A stretch of 64,000 bases of DNA. It comes from Anthoceros angustus. Taxonomy: Eukaryota > Plantae > Anthocerotophyta. Below the pieces are notes generated by a model. That model ran no database searches, was not told where the DNA came from, and saw nothing but the letters and a program-made list of their open reading frames with translations. This document shows positions 63,924-64,000 of the stretch, in pieces. Position 1 is the stretch's first letter. Each line of letters opens with the position of its first letter. Made by a program: the position numbers and the translations under genes. The stretch lies in contig VJWM01000063.1 of assembly GCA_010909165.1 (NCBI GenBank), positions 930,001 to 994,000 of the forward strand, read 5' to 3'.

Positions 63924-64000
63924 ATGCAAAGAGGTGTGGCTTCAGAGGCGAGGCGAATGGCGTGTGTAGTTAATGGCGATGGGAGCAACTCTCACGCTAC
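63924..64000 (+). CDS. Array gene copy 8, start only (truncated by window end)
   Basis: ATGCAAAGAGGTGTGGCTTCAGAGG at 63924. Confidence 0.5.
   Translation, partial: MQRGVASEARRMACVVNGDGSNSHA

Larger units (their letters stand above)
50716..64000 (+). repeat. Tandem macrosatellite/gene array, ~5.45 kb unit (right arm, continues beyond window)
   Basis: Unit sequence resumes exactly where it was interrupted (AAAT|GCTAATCCACAAG at ~50717). The marker recurs at ~54528 and ~60653. Confidence 0.97.

Overview
Eukaryotic, almost certainly land-plant, repeat-rich DNA from what looks like a noisy long-read assembly. About 48 kb of the window is a head-to-tail array of a ~5.45 kb unit (eight unit starts plus partial copies; 541-35154 and 50716-64000). 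Each unit carries one intronless ~1.8 kb + strand reading frame. It is frameshifted at different places in each copy and can be pieced into a ~590-600 aa low-complexity protein ending in two PAM2-like (PABP-binding) motifs, KLSASALPFTP and IMNPNAMEYIP. A 26-30 bp minisatellite follows it. One unit is interrupted by a complete minus-strand Ty3/Gypsy LTR retrotransposon (35155-50715) with TG..CA ends, an imperfect GAAAT/TAAAT target-site duplication, a tRNA-Asp-type PBS, a PPT and gag-PR-RT-RH-INT without a chromodomain. Its LTRs are very long (4.5-5 kb) and each contains a ~3.1 kb extra reading frame upstream of the LTR TATA box, i.e. inside U3. Ten microhomology-bounded tandem duplications are scattered through the window. 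Copy-to-copy indels cluster at CG/CHG-rich sites, so most frameshifts are probably sequencing errors. No rRNA, tRNA, CRISPR or recognisable single-copy host gene was found. All protein reconstructions were made by eye across frameshifts.
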